The translations under genes and the position numbers were made by a program. Below are positions 8,674 to 17,549 of a stretch of 64,000 nucleotides of DNA, one piece after another. Positions within the stretch are counted from its first letter, which is position 1, and each line of letters begins with the position of its first letter. Source of the DNA: Candidatus Sumerlaeaceae bacterium (GTDB taxonomy: Bacteria; Sumerlaeota; Sumerlaeia; Sumerlaeales; Sumerlaeaceae); the NCBI GenBank assembly GCA_051003195.1, contig JBPCLP010000045.1, positions 96,001 through 160,000 on the forward strand, written 5' to 3'. The notes beneath the pieces are model-generated. The model ran no database searches and was not told the DNA's origin. It saw nothing but the letters and a program-made list of their open reading frames with translations.

Positions 8674-11529
8674 TCATGACGCCGCGTTATAATCCGGAAT
8701 TGGTTTACCGGCTTTCATTCGCGCCAGCGATTCACGCCCCTTCTTCACGAGCTCGATATCCTGCGAATCTGACTCCACAAATTGCTCCATCAGCCGAATC
8801 GCACGCCTGGCGTCGCGCATTTCCACATACGCCGCCAGCGCAGCTTCATGAAGTGCAGCAAGCGCTTTGTCCGATGTTGGATTGTTTTTGGCAAGTTGCT
8901 CCCAAGTATCTACGGCCTCCCCGGTTTTGCCCATCTGCCGTAAAATTTCACCTGCGTTAAACGTAGCGGTTACTCCGGCTGGCGTAGATGTATATCTGTC
9001 AGCAACTGCAAGAAACGTGGCCTTTGCGGCCTCGTAATCGCGGCGCGTATATTGCAGATGTCCTAACAGTAATTGCCCGTCGCTCTGGAGCTTCGTATCC
9101 GGAAAGGCCGACTGAAACTCGCTCAGGTACGCTTCAGCCCGTTGCGGCTGCTGTACCTGCATCAGCAGCTTTGCCGCTATAAGATAGAACTCCGCCTTGC
9201 CAGGCATGTCCCTGGTTCGCAACTGGTCCAGGTACCCGACAAGTGCAGGAACCGACTTCGAGTCATATGCGATCGCAAGCAGTGCAGCCACAAGTGCAGG
9301 CTGGTTAAACGGTACTCCATGCAGTCCCTCTTCGAGAATGCGCTTATAGATCGCCTCCGCTTCTGGTAGTTTCCCCACCTTCCGAAGTGCGTTGGCGTAC
9401 TGCATCCATGCACTGAAGTTGTCTGCATCCTGCTTTACCGCGGCCCTGTAAAATACCAGCGCGTCCGAATGCAGCCCGCCCTCCTCGAGAATCCGCCCCG
9501 CCGAAACACACGATTCTGCAGTGCTGCTTCCCCGGTCGGCCAGCTCAAGGGCAACCTTCTTCGCAGATTCGACTTCACCCCGCATCTGGTATGCGCGCAT
9601 CAGCCCAGCATAGTTATCGCTCACCCGCGGCTGGAGCAGAATTAGCCGCTGGAACAGGTCGATTGCAACGCCCGTCCCGCCTGCCGAGCTCGCGTGTAGC
9701 TGCACTCCCGCATCGTTCGGTGAAACTTGTAACTGCAGGGGCAGCGCCGAGTTTTGCATCGCCAACTCTGCAACGTAGCGCAGCATGGGAACGTTGTCCG
9801 GTTCGTGCTGCATGAACTCCTGGTAGTATTCGAGCTCGGCCTGGTGGTCTTCCTGTGCGGCACTCAGCCGTGCAACAAGAGCGTACAGTCGCCATGCAGC
9901 GCTTTCGGTTTGGGCCCGCTTGATTGCCGCTGAAAACAAACGGGTGCGTTTGTCCGGATTTGCGCTGTTTTGAACCACCACGTCCCCTGCCAGCATTAAC
10001 TCGGAAAACGTGAGCTGAGGCGACAGCTCCAGCCAGAACTCGATTTGGATTTCGGGCTCTTTAAGAAGAACGGTTGCGCTCGTTGCCAGGCTGATGTAAT
10101 CCACCCGTTCTATCGCCGAAATCTTTGAAAGCTCCAGCGGAGCCAATACCCGCAACAGTTCCGGTCCTGCTCCAGCTTTGGCATACGTGCGGGCCAGTTG
10201 CATACGCACGGCAGCGTCGGTAGGCTGCTCTTCCAGTAACGTGCCCAGGATCACGATGGCTTCGCTGGTGTTACCCGCTTGCGTCAGCAGGCGCGCACGA
10301 AATTGTGCGATTAACGGCGTGCGACCAATCCCCTCAGCATTGAGCATCGCCAGTGCCGCGCTGGTGTCCTGGTTTCTTTCATGCAGTCGTGCTGCCAGCA
10401 GAGCGTGCACATCGGTTATGCTTCCCGAACTTGTCAGCTCGTCGAGATACCTGGAATATGCGCGCGTTGAATGTGAGGATGCGGAATGATCCAGCACCGC
10501 ATCGCACAAATCACTACCCTTGCTGAAATCGGTTTCATTCGCGAGTGCTCTTTGCAGGAATCCAAGCACCAGCCGCGGTGTGGAATAGCCAGTTGCAAGT
10601 AACTGAAGCAACAGAGTGCGGGCTTCCCACGGCGACAGGTCCAGTTGCCCGGCCTTACCGAGAGTCGTGCTAAGTTTTTCCGGCTGCTCCAGCACGTCTG
10701 CCGCGCGCGCTGTCAGCATAATTACAGGGAATGAAAGCGGCGCCGCCAGACCTGCATTCAAGGCCAGCATGTCCTCCTGCGCAACTCCGTGCATCCGGCA
10801 AATCGTAACGTTGTGCTCTGGCGAGGATGCCGTCTGCCTGGCATAATCACTCAGCAGCTTCTGAAGCTGCACCGTCATTCCCTGCCGGTTGTAAAAGTGC
10901 GCCAGCTGGACGTAGTATTTGCCCGGTAGCGGTGACTGACGGATCGCGCCGAGGTAAAATCTCTCAACGTCCTGTTTTAACTGTAACACAAGCGCGGTGC
11001 GAATCGCCGCGTCGTAGGCGAACTCCGCGTCTGGATTTTCCTTCAGTAGTTCACAAGCCAGCAGAAACGCCTCTCCTATCTTGTTCTGCTTTTCAAAGCT
11101 GGCCAGCTGAAGTTGCTGTGCGACCGTACTGGTCCGGTCTACCTTCACCGGCAGGCTCCCCTGCGGCCCGGTTACTCCCGAAGCAACAGGCGCAGGTCCA
11201 CTGGTAGGCTGCTCATTTGCAAGCGGCGTTACCACAGCAACCGCCGGCTCAGTGGCATTTGGCGAAGCCGAAACGGTTACCGCACCGACGGTCGCCGATG
11301 TCTCGTCCGCCACAATGGAGTTCACTGGCAGCGTCGTACCGGAGTCTTCGCTCTTCAGCGTGAAGAAGTGAACACCAAGCGGCAGGCTGGAGGTTACCGG
11401 CCGATCAAAAACCTGGGTAATAGCTCCCGTCGTCTGGGGAGCTGCCATGCATCCTCTCGCAAACACAGCCAAACATACGCCCACCACCAGGCGTAACGGC
11501 CCAAACCATTTGATAATCTTCCCACACAT
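8674..11529 (-). CDS. Large exported tetratricopeptide-repeat protein
   Basis: Signal-like N-terminus; multiple TPR-like repeats (YEAAKATFLAVADRY, FNAGEILRQMG). Confidence 0.8.
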   Translation of the reverse strand: MCGKIIKWFGPLRLVVGVCLAVFARGCMAAPQTTGAITQVFDRPVTSSLPLGVHFFTLKSEDSGTTLPVNSIVADETSATVGAVTVSASPNATEPAVAVVTPLANEQPTSGPAPVASGVTGPQGSLPVKVDRTSTVAQQLQLASFEKQNKIGEAFLLACELLKENPDAEFAYDAAIRTALVLQLKQDVERFYLGAIRQSPLPGKYYVQLAHFYNRQGMTVQLQKLLSDYARQTASSPEHNVTICRMHGVAQEDMLALNAGLAAPLSFPVIMLTARAADVLEQPEKLSTTLGKAGQLDLSPWEARTLLLQLLATGYSTPRLVLGFLQRALANETDFSKGSDLCDAVLDHSASSHSTRAYSRYLDELTSSGSITDVHALLAARLHERNQDTSAALAMLNAEGIGRTPLIAQFRARLLTQAGNTSEAIVILGTLLEEQPTDAAVRMQLARTYAKAGAGPELLRVLAPLELSKISAIERVDYISLATSATVLLKEPEIQIEFWLELSPQLTFSELMLAGDVVVQNSANPDKRTRLFSAAIKRAQTESAAWRLYALVARLSAAQEDHQAELEYYQEFMQHEPDNVPMLRYVAELAMQNSALPLQLQVSPNDAGVQLHASSAGGTGVAIDLFQRLILLQPRVSDNYAGLMRAYQMRGEVESAKKVALELADRGSSTAESCVSAGRILEEGGLHSDALVFYRAAVKQDADNFSAWMQYANALRKVGKLPEAEAIYKRILEEGLHGVPFNQPALVAALLAIAYDSKSVPALVGYLDQLRTRDMPGKAEFYLIAAKLLMQVQQPQRAEAYLSEFQSAFPDTKLQSDGQLLLGHLQYTRRDYEAAKATFLAVADRYTSTPAGVTATFNAGEILRQMGKTGEAVDTWEQLAKNNPTSDKALAALHEAALAAYVEMRDARRAIRLMEQFVESDSQDIELVKKGRESLARMKAGKPIPDYNAAS

Positions 11530-11599
11530 AGGGCCGCATTCTGTAATGCCGTGAATGCGCGAGTCTAATCGAAACCGACGTTCCTTAAACTAACCCATC

Positions 11600-11893
11600 C
11601 TACAATGAACGAATCAGATCGAGAATGTGTGCATCTAGGCTGGCCAGCGCGTCCTGGCATTTTGCATGAGCCTCTTCGGTATTGGGAAATGGCGTGCCGA
11701 CCGACAGTTCTGCCAGCGCCTGCGACACCAGCTCGCGCGCGTGGAGGTAATCGCTGGGTTGTGCAAATGGCTTCAGGTACGAAACAACCTGGTTTTGAAA
11801 TGGAAACGGAGGAACTGTAGCAGCAAGTGCAGCTACGCGGACAGCATTAAGTGAGCTCATTTGGCTTAGCAGTGTAGAGTATAGCAATGGCAT
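11600..11893 (-). CDS. Hypothetical protein
   Basis: 97 aa ORF filling the gap divergent from hflX; no recognised motif. Confidence 0.5.
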   Translation of the reverse strand: MPLLYSTLLSQMSSLNAVRVAALAATVPPFPFQNQVVSYLKPFAQPSDYLHARELVSQALAELSVGTPFPNTEEAHAKCQDALASLDAHILDLIRSL

Positions 11894-11956
11894 GTCAAGC
11901 CTTGTCCGCTCCGGCGCACCGCTTGCTCACGAAGTGTTCGCCATGAAAGGATTGCA

Positions 11957-13300
11957 TTGAACCGACGCCGACAAAAAGAGCAGCACACCGACGGCCACTA
12001 TTATGCCGGTGAACACTACGCGAATCCGGACGACTACCTGCTGATCGCGCTGCAAACCAGCTCGATACCCGCACGTGAGGCAGCCATTTCGCTGGAGGAG
12101 CTGAAAGAGCTCACGCGTTCCGCCGACGCTAACACCCGCGGGCAGCTCACCCTGCGTGTGCGGCAGATCGATCCGAAAACCTACATTGGGCGTGGCCAGG
12201 TCCAGGAGATCCGCGCACTGGCGCAACAGCTTGGTGTAGCGGGAATCATCTTCGACGAAGATTTCTCACCTGTACAGCAGCGCAACCTGGAGGACATACT
12301 CGAACTGCGGGTGATTGGCCGCACCGAACTGATTCTCGATATTTTCGCGCGCCGTGCTCAAACCCACGAAGGCAAGCTGCAGGTCGAACTCGCCCAGCTT
12401 CAATATCTTCGGCCACGTCTCATTGGACAGGGCTTCGTGCTGTCACGGCTCGGCGGCGGCATCGGAACCCGAGGACCCGGTGAATCCAGGCTCGAGATGG
12501 ACCGCCGTCGCATCGCTGCACGTATAAACCATCTTCAGCGCGAGTTAACCCACGTGCGTCGCGCCCGCGAAACGCAGCGCAAGCGCCGCCTGCGGCAGGA
12601 AGTGCTCACAGTTGCACTTGTCGGCTACACCAATTCCGGCAAAAGCACGCTGCTTCGTGCTCTCACCAATGCGGACGTGCACGTCGAAGACCGTTTGTTC
12701 GCCACGCTCGATCCCGCCGCGAAGCGTGCCCTGCTGCCCGATGGTCGCGTTGCGATTTTCACCGACACGGTCGGATTCATCCACCGCTTGCCGACCGGGC
12801 TGGTGGAAGCCTTCAAAGCCACGCTCGAAGAGGTCCTCTATGCCGACCTGCTGCTGCACGTGATCGATGCCTCCAGCCCTACGCTCGAGCGCGAGATCCG
12901 CACGACCGACGCCGTGCTCGGCACGCTCGGCGCTGACGAAAAACCCCGCCTGCGCATTTTCAACAAGATCGACCAGAACGTCGATCACTCCGTGTTCGAA
13001 GCCTTTGGTTACAGGGAGGAGTCTTCAAACTCTGTGGCCATCTCCGCCTTATATGGCATCGGAATACACGATCTCTTATCCACGATCGTCCATTTTACAA
13101 GCGAAGCCGAGGAGACGCTTCGTATTCTGCTCCCCTACACGCGCGGCGACCTGCTGTCCCGGATCCACAACGCAGCCGCGGTGAAAAGCCTGGAATACGA
13201 CGAGGACGGCGTCCGCGTCACGGCGCTGGTGGACAGCAAACTGGCAGGCGAGCTCAGGCCATTTATACAACCGGCGCCTGCACCGAAATCGCGGCGGTAG
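11957..13300 (+). CDS. hflX: GTPase HflX
   Basis: LILDIFARRA, EGKLQVELAQL, GIGTRGPGE, GYTNSGKST, LFATLD, DTVGFI, NKID. Confidence 0.97.
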   Translation: MNRRRQKEQHTDGHYYAGEHYANPDDYLLIALQTSSIPAREAAISLEELKELTRSADANTRGQLTLRVRQIDPKTYIGRGQVQEIRALAQQLGVAGIIFDEDFSPVQQRNLEDILELRVIGRTELILDIFARRAQTHEGKLQVELAQLQYLRPRLIGQGFVLSRLGGGIGTRGPGESRLEMDRRRIAARINHLQRELTHVRRARETQRKRRLRQEVLTVALVGYTNSGKSTLLRALTNADVHVEDRLFATLDPAAKRALLPDGRVAIFTDTVGFIHRLPTGLVEAFKATLEEVLYADLLLHVIDASSPTLEREIRTTDAVLGTLGADEKPRLRIFNKIDQNVDHSVFEAFGYREESSNSVAISALYGIGIHDLLSTIVHFTSEAEETLRILLPYTRGDLLSRIHNAAAVKSLEYDEDGVRVTALVDSKLAGELRPFIQPAPAPKSRR

Positions 13301-13301
13301 C

Positions 13302-13514
13302 TTACTTCTTGTTCACGTTGTAGTAGCTCGAGCCCTGCTGGCCCGCGCTGCTTCGGCGTGCCGCCGTGATTGCGGGCTGCAGGATGAACCAGGCCCACAC
13401 ACACGCGCCCGCCACCACCAACCAGCCGAACTTACTGCCGCCCTTCATCAGGATCGCAAACCCAATGACAGCCACGATCGCCGCTCCAAGCAGCGGATAC
13501 AGTGCATCACCCAT
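13302..13514 (-). CDS. Small membrane protein (two TM helices)
   Basis: 70 aa, two hydrophobic segments; purine-rich RBS-like sequence upstream. Confidence 0.65.
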   Translation of the reverse strand: MGDALYPLLGAAIVAVIGFAILMKGGSKFGWLVVAGACVWAWFILQPAITAARRSSAGQQGSSYYNVNKK

Positions 13515-13609
13515 CTCCGGTTCTCCCTTCAGCCTGCGGCATCAATCCTGCCGCCAAAGATAGTGCGCCTTGCTCGCTTCTGTCAACTGCGGCAAGTTAC
13601 AACCTGCGA

Positions 13610-14911
13610 CTACTGCTGCTTCTTCTGCAGCACTTTCTGTACGGCCTTCGCCTGCAGGGCAGTCAGTTCTTCTTTGGGGTCTGAGCCTTTGGAGAGCACG
13701 TTGTCGACAACGCTGTCGATATCGCTGCGAAGCCCCTCCCAAATCGCGATCTTCGGCTCTTGGATTCCCTTGTCGCCAAGCACCAGTGAACTTGCGAGTG
13801 CGTAGTCGGCATTCTGCGCCATGTACTCCTGCATCACCGGCTCCTTTAGCACCGAGTACCGTATCGGCATGTAGCCGGCGCGCGTGGAAAACATCGCCGA
13901 GTTTTTCGCCGTGGTCAGGAACTTGAGGAACTTCCATGCGGCCCGCCGCTCCGCCTCGGATCGGTTGCCAAATATTCCAATGTTGGTGCCCTGCATCAGG
14001 TAGCGTGTATCCTTGCCCTCGACGCCCGGAATCGCCGCCGCCTGGTAGTTGAATTTCCCGGCCGAGAGCTTCTTGTTGTACGGGAAGCTTGCACTGCTGT
14101 AGCTGTACATCGCAATTTGCTGGTTGCCGAATGGGGTGCTCATATAATCCGGATTCACGTAAAGATGCTTTTCCGGGTATTGAAGATCCCGCAGCAACGT
14201 CATCGTCTCAATCGCTTCCGGCGAATCGAACTTCGGATTGCCCGCTTCGTCAAAAATGCGTCCGCCGCGCGCAAAGTAGAAAATGGTGAACGCCTCGCTG
14301 CGTGGCTGAACCCCGAAGCCATAGGTAGAGATCCGGCCATCGTCCCGCGTTGTAAGTTTCTTAACGGCATTGGCAAACTCGGCTTGTGTTGTTGGAGCCG
14401 TCGTCAGGCCGGCCTTCGCCAGCTTGTCTGCATTTACGTATAGCATGTAGACACTCTTGTTGAACGGCATCGTCATCATCTTTCCGTTCCAGCTATTGCC
14501 GTCACGGAACACTTTAACGATGTCCTTCTGCTCCTCCTTCGACAACCCGTCCGGGCCATCGAAGTAGTTCTGCACCGGCTCCATGTAGCCCTTGTTATTA
14601 AAGTCGTCGGTCCAGCTCTCGTACATGGTAGCCATAACCGGGTTGTTTGCGGTCGCTGCGGCGAACGAGCTGTCGAGCTTCTGCTTCAGCTCGCGCGGGT
14701 TCCCCTGGAACACCGCCTTGATCGATACCCCATCATTCGCCTTTTCGTACTCGGCGATCAGGTCCTTCAATGGCTTCGACTGTTCCTCCGATAGATAATG
14801 CCAGAACTCGAGATTCACTGCTTTACCCGCTTTTTGTGGCGCGCACCCCGCCAGCAATGCGGCTGTCAAAACCAGCATGGGAAGAAAAGCAAACCTGGAA
14901 ACACGGATCAT
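13610..14911 (-). CDS. ABC transporter extracellular solute-binding lipoprotein (UgpB/sugar-binding family 1)
   Basis: Lipobox LAGC, LEFWH, MPFNKS, AAWKFLKFL, GYMPIR. Confidence 0.88.
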   Translation of the reverse strand: MIRVSRFAFLPMLVLTAALLAGCAPQKAGKAVNLEFWHYLSEEQSKPLKDLIAEYEKANDGVSIKAVFQGNPRELKQKLDSSFAAATANNPVMATMYESWTDDFNNKGYMEPVQNYFDGPDGLSKEEQKDIVKVFRDGNSWNGKMMTMPFNKSVYMLYVNADKLAKAGLTTAPTTQAEFANAVKKLTTRDDGRISTYGFGVQPRSEAFTIFYFARGGRIFDEAGNPKFDSPEAIETMTLLRDLQYPEKHLYVNPDYMSTPFGNQQIAMYSYSSASFPYNKKLSAGKFNYQAAAIPGVEGKDTRYLMQGTNIGIFGNRSEAERRAAWKFLKFLTTAKNSAMFSTRAGYMPIRYSVLKEPVMQEYMAQNADYALASSLVLGDKGIQEPKIAIWEGLRSDIDSVVDNVLSKGSDPKEELTALQAKAVQKVLQKKQQ

Positions 14912-15022
14912 TGGGAGCTCCCGGACAATTTGGGTTGCTGCTTACTCCCATCAGAATGGAAGTAAAGCGGAACCAGCTTGTAGCAGTTTCTTTCTGGCCA
15001 CGCGAGTCTTATAAAGGAAACC

Positions 15023-15460
15023 ATGATGAAACTCAATTGGGACCGTTACCGTGACTTCGGACTCCTGCTGCTGCGCGTGGGCGTCGGCATCATGATGATC
15101 GCGCACGGGTGGCCGAAAATCGCCGCTGGCCCGGCAATGTGGGGAAAGATCGGACAGGCTATGGGCGCCCTTGGAATCAACTTCGCCCCAACGTTCTGGG
15201 GTTTCATGGCGGCCTTCGCAGAAAGCGTCGGCGGTTTACTTTTGGTACTTGGCCTCTTTTTCCGTCCCACGCTCGTGTTCCTCATGGTACCAACAATGCT
15301 CGTGGCCATGCTGATGCACAAGATGGTGCGCCATGATCCATTCAATATATGGTCACATGCGGCGACGCTTGGACTCGTGTTTATCGCGATGATCTTTATC
15401 GGCCCCGGCCGCTACAGCCTCGACGCCAAAATGCGCCGACGCTGGTGGCTTCTTAGTTAA
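15023..15460 (+). CDS. DoxX family membrane protein
   Basis: LLLRVGVG..M.AHGWPK, AESVGG, GPGRYSLD. Confidence 0.9.
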   Translation: MMKLNWDRYRDFGLLLLRVGVGIMMIAHGWPKIAAGPAMWGKIGQAMGALGINFAPTFWGFMAAFAESVGGLLLVLGLFFRPTLVFLMVPTMLVAMLMHKMVRHDPFNIWSHAATLGLVFIAMIFIGPGRYSLDAKMRRRWWLLS

Positions 15461-15471
15461 ATGCGCGACCG

Positions 15472-17073
15472 TTAATCCTCCCCTTCCCCGCTGACGAGGT
15501 CGCTGGGACTGGTCGTATTTTTATCGGCCGTCCGCTTCTGCCATTCATCCAGTCTTTCCCGCAGGCCCTTGATCTTTTCTGCGTAGGCGGCATTCGCGAT
15601 CTGATTGTTCAGCTCTCGAGGATCATTTTTCAGGTCGAAGAACTCCTCGCCTTTTGCGGGATCGCTCCACCGGATCAGCTTCGCGTCCGGCATCCGCACC
15701 AGGCGGTATTCCAGCGGCCCGAACTTCGGACTGACATTATCCGCAAACTCTGAAAAGCTGTGCTCGAAGCCTGGCCCGGTCGGAGCATTCATTGCATTCA
15801 GCAAATCTCTCCCCGGCCATTCGGTTGGAACTCCCACGTTCGCCCAATAGAGGAACGTTGGGGGCAGATCCAGGCTGGAAACCGCAGCCGTGGACTTTCC
15901 ATGATACGAACCAAATCCGGGCGAATACACAAGCATAGGCACCCGCACCGACTCTTCATAAGGCAGCACCTTGCCGTCCCATCCGCGGCTGCCGCGCATC
16001 ATTCCGTTGTCGCCCAGGAACACTACGATCGTGTTCTGGTCCAGTTGCGCCTTCTTCAAAGCGTCGCGCACCCGCCCCACCTGTTCGTCAGCGGAAGAAA
16101 CGGCGGCGTAGTAGTCATGCCAGTCAGTCTCAGGCTTTTTCTTTCCCGCTTTCCCATGTTTCCCAGGTTCGGCCTTCTTTGCGGCTTTTGCCCCTTTGCC
16201 TTCTTTCGTTGCCTTTGCTGCCTTACGCGCGGCATACACTGTGAAAGACGTGAATTGCTCCTCCGGACTTCCTCGCGTGAATCCTTTCGGCGCGAGCTGC
16301 GCGTTCTTCTTTCCAGCGTACAATGCCTGCAGATGTTCCGGGTTCGGGCGGAGCGGCGTATGCGGTGCGGTCAGCGCCATCCACAGGAAAAACGGTTTCT
16401 CCTTCGCGTCGGGACTGCTGATGAATTCTGCCGCATCCTGGCCCAGCACGTCCTGCAGATAACCCGTCGTGGTGGTCACCTGCCGCGATTTGCCATGCGC
16501 CAGGCGTACGTCCTTGTACGGTCCCCCTCCACCCGGCAACCAGGTGCGTACGTCCGAAAACCCCACATTCCATGGCTCCGGCTTCAGGTGCCATTTTCCC
16601 ACCAGCACCGTGCGATAGCCGTTTTTTTGAAGAAGCCCGGGCACCGTCGGAAGGTGGCTGAATCCGTTTGGTGCATGCACACGGCGCTGCTGCGTCTGGT
16701 TCGAGTACCATCCGTTCTGGTGTGGCGGCAATCCGGTCAGCAGCGACGCACGGCACGGCGAACACTGCGGCGTGTGAATTGTCGCCTGCTCAAAATAGAC
16801 ACCGTCGCGTGCAAGTTGATCCAGGTTCGGCGTCTTCACGTGTGGGTTACCTGCCGCGCCAATGCAATCCCAGCGGTGGTCATCAGATATTATTAAAACA
16901 ATATTCGGCCGCTCCTTCGTGCCCGCCAGGACAGGCGAAACGGCACCAGCAAGAAAGAACAAACACAAAGAGACGAATCCCCCGCGCGAGGCATACTGCC
17001 GAATGGACACCGCTGCCCCATTCGAACTCGGTATCTCCCTAAAACCGGCTCTAAGCGCGCAAGTAAGCGGCAT
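15472..17073 (-). CDS. Sulfatase (formylglycine-dependent family), exported
   Basis: RPNIVLIISDD, CSPCRASLLTG, GKWHL, GDNG, YEESVRVP, FDLKNDPRE; true start probably downstream of 17073. Confidence 0.92.
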   Translation of the reverse strand: MPLTCALRAGFREIPSSNGAAVSIRQYASRGGFVSLCLFFLAGAVSPVLAGTKERPNIVLIISDDHRWDCIGAAGNPHVKTPNLDQLARDGVYFEQATIHTPQCSPCRASLLTGLPPHQNGWYSNQTQQRRVHAPNGFSHLPTVPGLLQKNGYRTVLVGKWHLKPEPWNVGFSDVRTWLPGGGGPYKDVRLAHGKSRQVTTTTGYLQDVLGQDAAEFISSPDAKEKPFFLWMALTAPHTPLRPNPEHLQALYAGKKNAQLAPKGFTRGSPEEQFTSFTVYAARKAAKATKEGKGAKAAKKAEPGKHGKAGKKKPETDWHDYYAAVSSADEQVGRVRDALKKAQLDQNTIVVFLGDNGMMRGSRGWDGKVLPYEESVRVPMLVYSPGFGSYHGKSTAAVSSLDLPPTFLYWANVGVPTEWPGRDLLNAMNAPTGPGFEHSFSEFADNVSPKFGPLEYRLVRMPDAKLIRWSDPAKGEEFFDLKNDPRELNNQIANAAYAEKIKGLRERLDEWQKRTADKNTTSPSDLVSGEGED

Positions 17074-17223
17074 GTAAAATCGATATCCTTTCAGAGGAAA
17101 AGCATCTCAAAACCGAGCCTTTAAACCGCAGCAATTCCAATGCACTACTTTTTCATAGGCAATTCAGTCCCTGCTGTCGCTGGTCCCTTCGTATCCATTG
17201 GGACATTCATTCGCCAACCGAAT

Positions 17224-17239
17224 GGGCACAAGAATTGCA
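17224..17239 (+). promoter_or_regulatory. Putative sigma-54 promoter
   Basis: GGGCACAAGAATTGCA = GG-N10-GC, close to TGGCAC-N5-TTGCW, 50 bp upstream of a small lipoprotein gene. Confidence 0.5.
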
Positions 17240-17288
17240 CCTTCGACGTTAGTCCATTAGCGGATTAACTTACAACCGGAGGATTCCT

Positions 17289-17453
17289 ATGAAAAAGCTT
17301 TTTTGTGCCATGCTGGCCAGCGCGGTAGTGCTTGCAGGTTGCAGCGAGACAACGAAGGAAACGGCGACAAGCGAGTCTTCGCACACCAATGCGGACGGAA
17401 AAACCGTAAAGACCGAAACCACCGTGGAGAAGAAGACGACCGTCGATAAATAG
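17289..17453 (+). CDS. Small Thr/Lys/Glu-rich lipoprotein (54 aa, absent from ORF track)
   Basis: GGAGGA RBS, MKKLFCAMLASAVVLAG-C lipobox, SETTKETATSESSHTNADGKTVKTETTVEKKTTVDK*. Confidence 0.85.
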   Translation: MKKLFCAMLASAVVLAGCSETTKETATSESSHTNADGKTVKTETTVEKKTTVDK

Positions 17454-17549
17454 TCCGCAGCGGCCACGCGACCCATTAGTACCGCCAAGAGGGTTATGCC
17501 TTGGCACAGAGCATAGCCCCTTACCTATACTAGCTGGTGCATAGGCACC

